DNA of 50,013 nt, filler included, from Catajapyx aquilonaris (Eukaryota), in assembly GCA_000934665.2 (NCBI GenBank). It is 3 parts of 3 records of this genome, joined end to end, with 100 filler letters (N's around TTAATTAATTAA, not from the genome) between each part and the next. Parts side by side here need not be neighbours in the genome. Positions count along the whole stretch, not along the records: positions 33,442 to 50,013 come from KZ539652.1; 2 more parts are not named here. One strand, 5' to 3'. The position numbers and the translations under genes are program-made. Shown here piece by piece: positions 48,344 to 50,013 of this stretch. The first letter of the stretch is position 1. Every line of letters begins with the position of its first letter. The notes under the pieces were generated by a model. That model was not told the DNA's origin, searched no databases, and saw only the letters and a program-made list of their open reading frames with translations.

Positions 48344-48686
48344 CACGTCTCTTATAAAAATACATAACAATATTCCACAGTGCTCATTTTGTTGCCTGAA
48401 GAACAATCAACACGGTAATACAATTTACATGACTGCCTTTGGAAAACAAACGGAATTACAAACAACACGTTTCCAAAATGAAGAATAGTGTGATGAACAT
48501 GATTTCAGCCTCATGAATGAGGTAGTACATGTTCTATATAGGCTACTGAAACCTTTGAAATGCGTAATGTGCTTGTGCATTATTAGAAGTAGGAATTTTA
48601 AACAATCTTGCAAAAACTGACGTTCACAAGTCGAAAACGAATATTCGACTCCATATTTGGTTTGGACTGAGTTATGGAAAGACTTC

Positions 48687-48772
48687 CTAGTAGTAACCAC
48701 CCCCGCTCCCGCTAGAACCGCCTCCAGAGCCACTGCTTCCTCCATAGCCGCCACCGCCACTTCCACCACCAC
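48687..48772 (-). CDS. Glycine-rich protein, terminal exon
   Basis: Acceptor CTAATTTTTCCAG|GT; phase 1, reads (G)GGGSGGGGYGGSSGSGGGSSGSGGGYY* (TAG). Confidence 0.88.
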
Positions 48773-49868
48773 CTGGAAAAATTAGGCATTTCATTCCTCA
48801 TATACACATGCTCCTATTTCATCAAGGAAAGCTATTAAAAGTGTTAGACCCACTCTGTTCATCTAAAAATGGCATAGTAAGGCATGCATTTAATTAATTT
48901 TTAAACATTAGACTGACTTGAAATCTGGTATGGTTATCAGTAGTTATAATGCATAGGCGCCTATACTGGCTTGTACTATACAGAGAAACCTGTATATAAG
49001 TGATTTTGCGGAACTGGGAGGGTCCAGTTTCACTTTATTATGGGATATAACCATTTTGTGACTCTTGGGAGTAATACAGTATTTACTGCCCACATTTCCT
49101 GCTAATAAATGCACAAGTTTATAAAGCACTCACGTGTGCACTGTATTCCCTGAGCATAGGTTTCTAAATCCTTTAATTCCATAACCATGTAAATCATATT
49201 TTGAGCAAATATGGTCCAAACATGAGGATTAAAATGCAGTGCCAAACCCACCAAAAATGTGGTTATGATGGACTTCTCTACAATGTAGGTTATACTGTGA
49301 TTTCATGATTACAGCATATTACATACTAATTGTAATAATTGTGTACATGTTGACTTTTGTCTTATTTTCATATCCTCAACATTTGTGAAACTTTGATTTT
49401 CTGCTACCCCCCCCCCCCCCAAATACATTTAAAAAATACTGCATAAAACAAGTTGTACAATGCAGAATTGTGCTAATATAAAAGTTTACCTCGCGCTTGG
49501 GGCACTCTACTTTGCAGGCAAACTTCAACAACTTCAAAGATAACAAAAACTGTAAGTTTCAATGAAACATAAGTTACGTGACTTATTTTTCACTCTGGAA
49601 AATTATACAGCTTAAATATTACAAACCACACCGCCGTTAGAGTTTTGGAAGTTTGACTCCAAGCACACGCCCACAGTCGCCCTTTAACAATAACACTCTC
49701 CATAAACACTTTGCGATCTCAGGATTTCCCTGTTTTGATTTTCATTTTTTGCTCATTCTAACGCATTTCCTACATTCATTGAAAGCATTGGCCATTCGAA
49801 GGAGGCTTTTCATATATACCCGATTGGTAACTTGAGCACGTGCTGGCTTTGCAACTGAAGATACTTAC

Positions 49869-50013
49869 CGTAGCCGCCACCGCCTCCGCTGTGACCGCCG
49901 CCTCCATTACCTCCTCCGCCGTACCCTCCGCCACCGTGTCCACCGCCTCCCCCTCCGTGGCCACCGCCTCCATAGCCCCCACCGCCTCCTCCGTGTCCTT
50001 TACCTCCGCCGCC
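49869..50013 (-). CDS. Glycine-rich protein, penultimate exon (5' end outside window)
   Basis: GGGGKGHGGGGGGYGGGGHGGGGGGHGGGGYGGGGNGGGGHSGGGGGY G|GTAAGT. Canonical donor, in phase with 48772. Varied GGN third positions indicate coding sequence rather than a simple repeat. Confidence 0.9.

Noticed and set aside
48425..49982. Ala/Val/Glu-rich ORFs 48425-48772 and 49776-49982
   Set aside because: They are alternative frames of the Gly-rich exons; splice phase and the GGN codon pattern support the Gly frame.

Overview
This window is eukaryotic, repeat-rich genomic DNA from an invertebrate, probably an arthropod or other ecdysozoan (inference). It is not one contiguous locus. Two identical 100-nt spacers (44 N + TTAATTAATTAA + 44 N, at 16536-16635 and 33342-33441) join three segments of about 16.5-16.7 kb that are probably unrelated contigs. 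Three host genes lie on the minus strand: the terminal exon of a DDX43-like DEAD-box helicase, a complete 7-exon GT7-family beta-1,4-GalNAc/Gal transferase (443 aa, bre-4-like), and the last two exons of a Gly/His/Tyr-rich protein ending GGYY*. The rest is a dense mobilome: at least five tRNA-derived SINE families, piggyBac-, hAT- and Sola-type TIR elements, Helitron remnants, LINE remnants and several long palindromes. The most interesting signal is a covarying 3' stem-loop (CCCCTA-hairpin-TAxCACGGGGTA). It is shared by four SINE families with different bodies, and a variant of it ends a LINE ORF2 remnant, which suggests one LINE mobilising several SINE families. All calls were made by eye, and no database searches were run.
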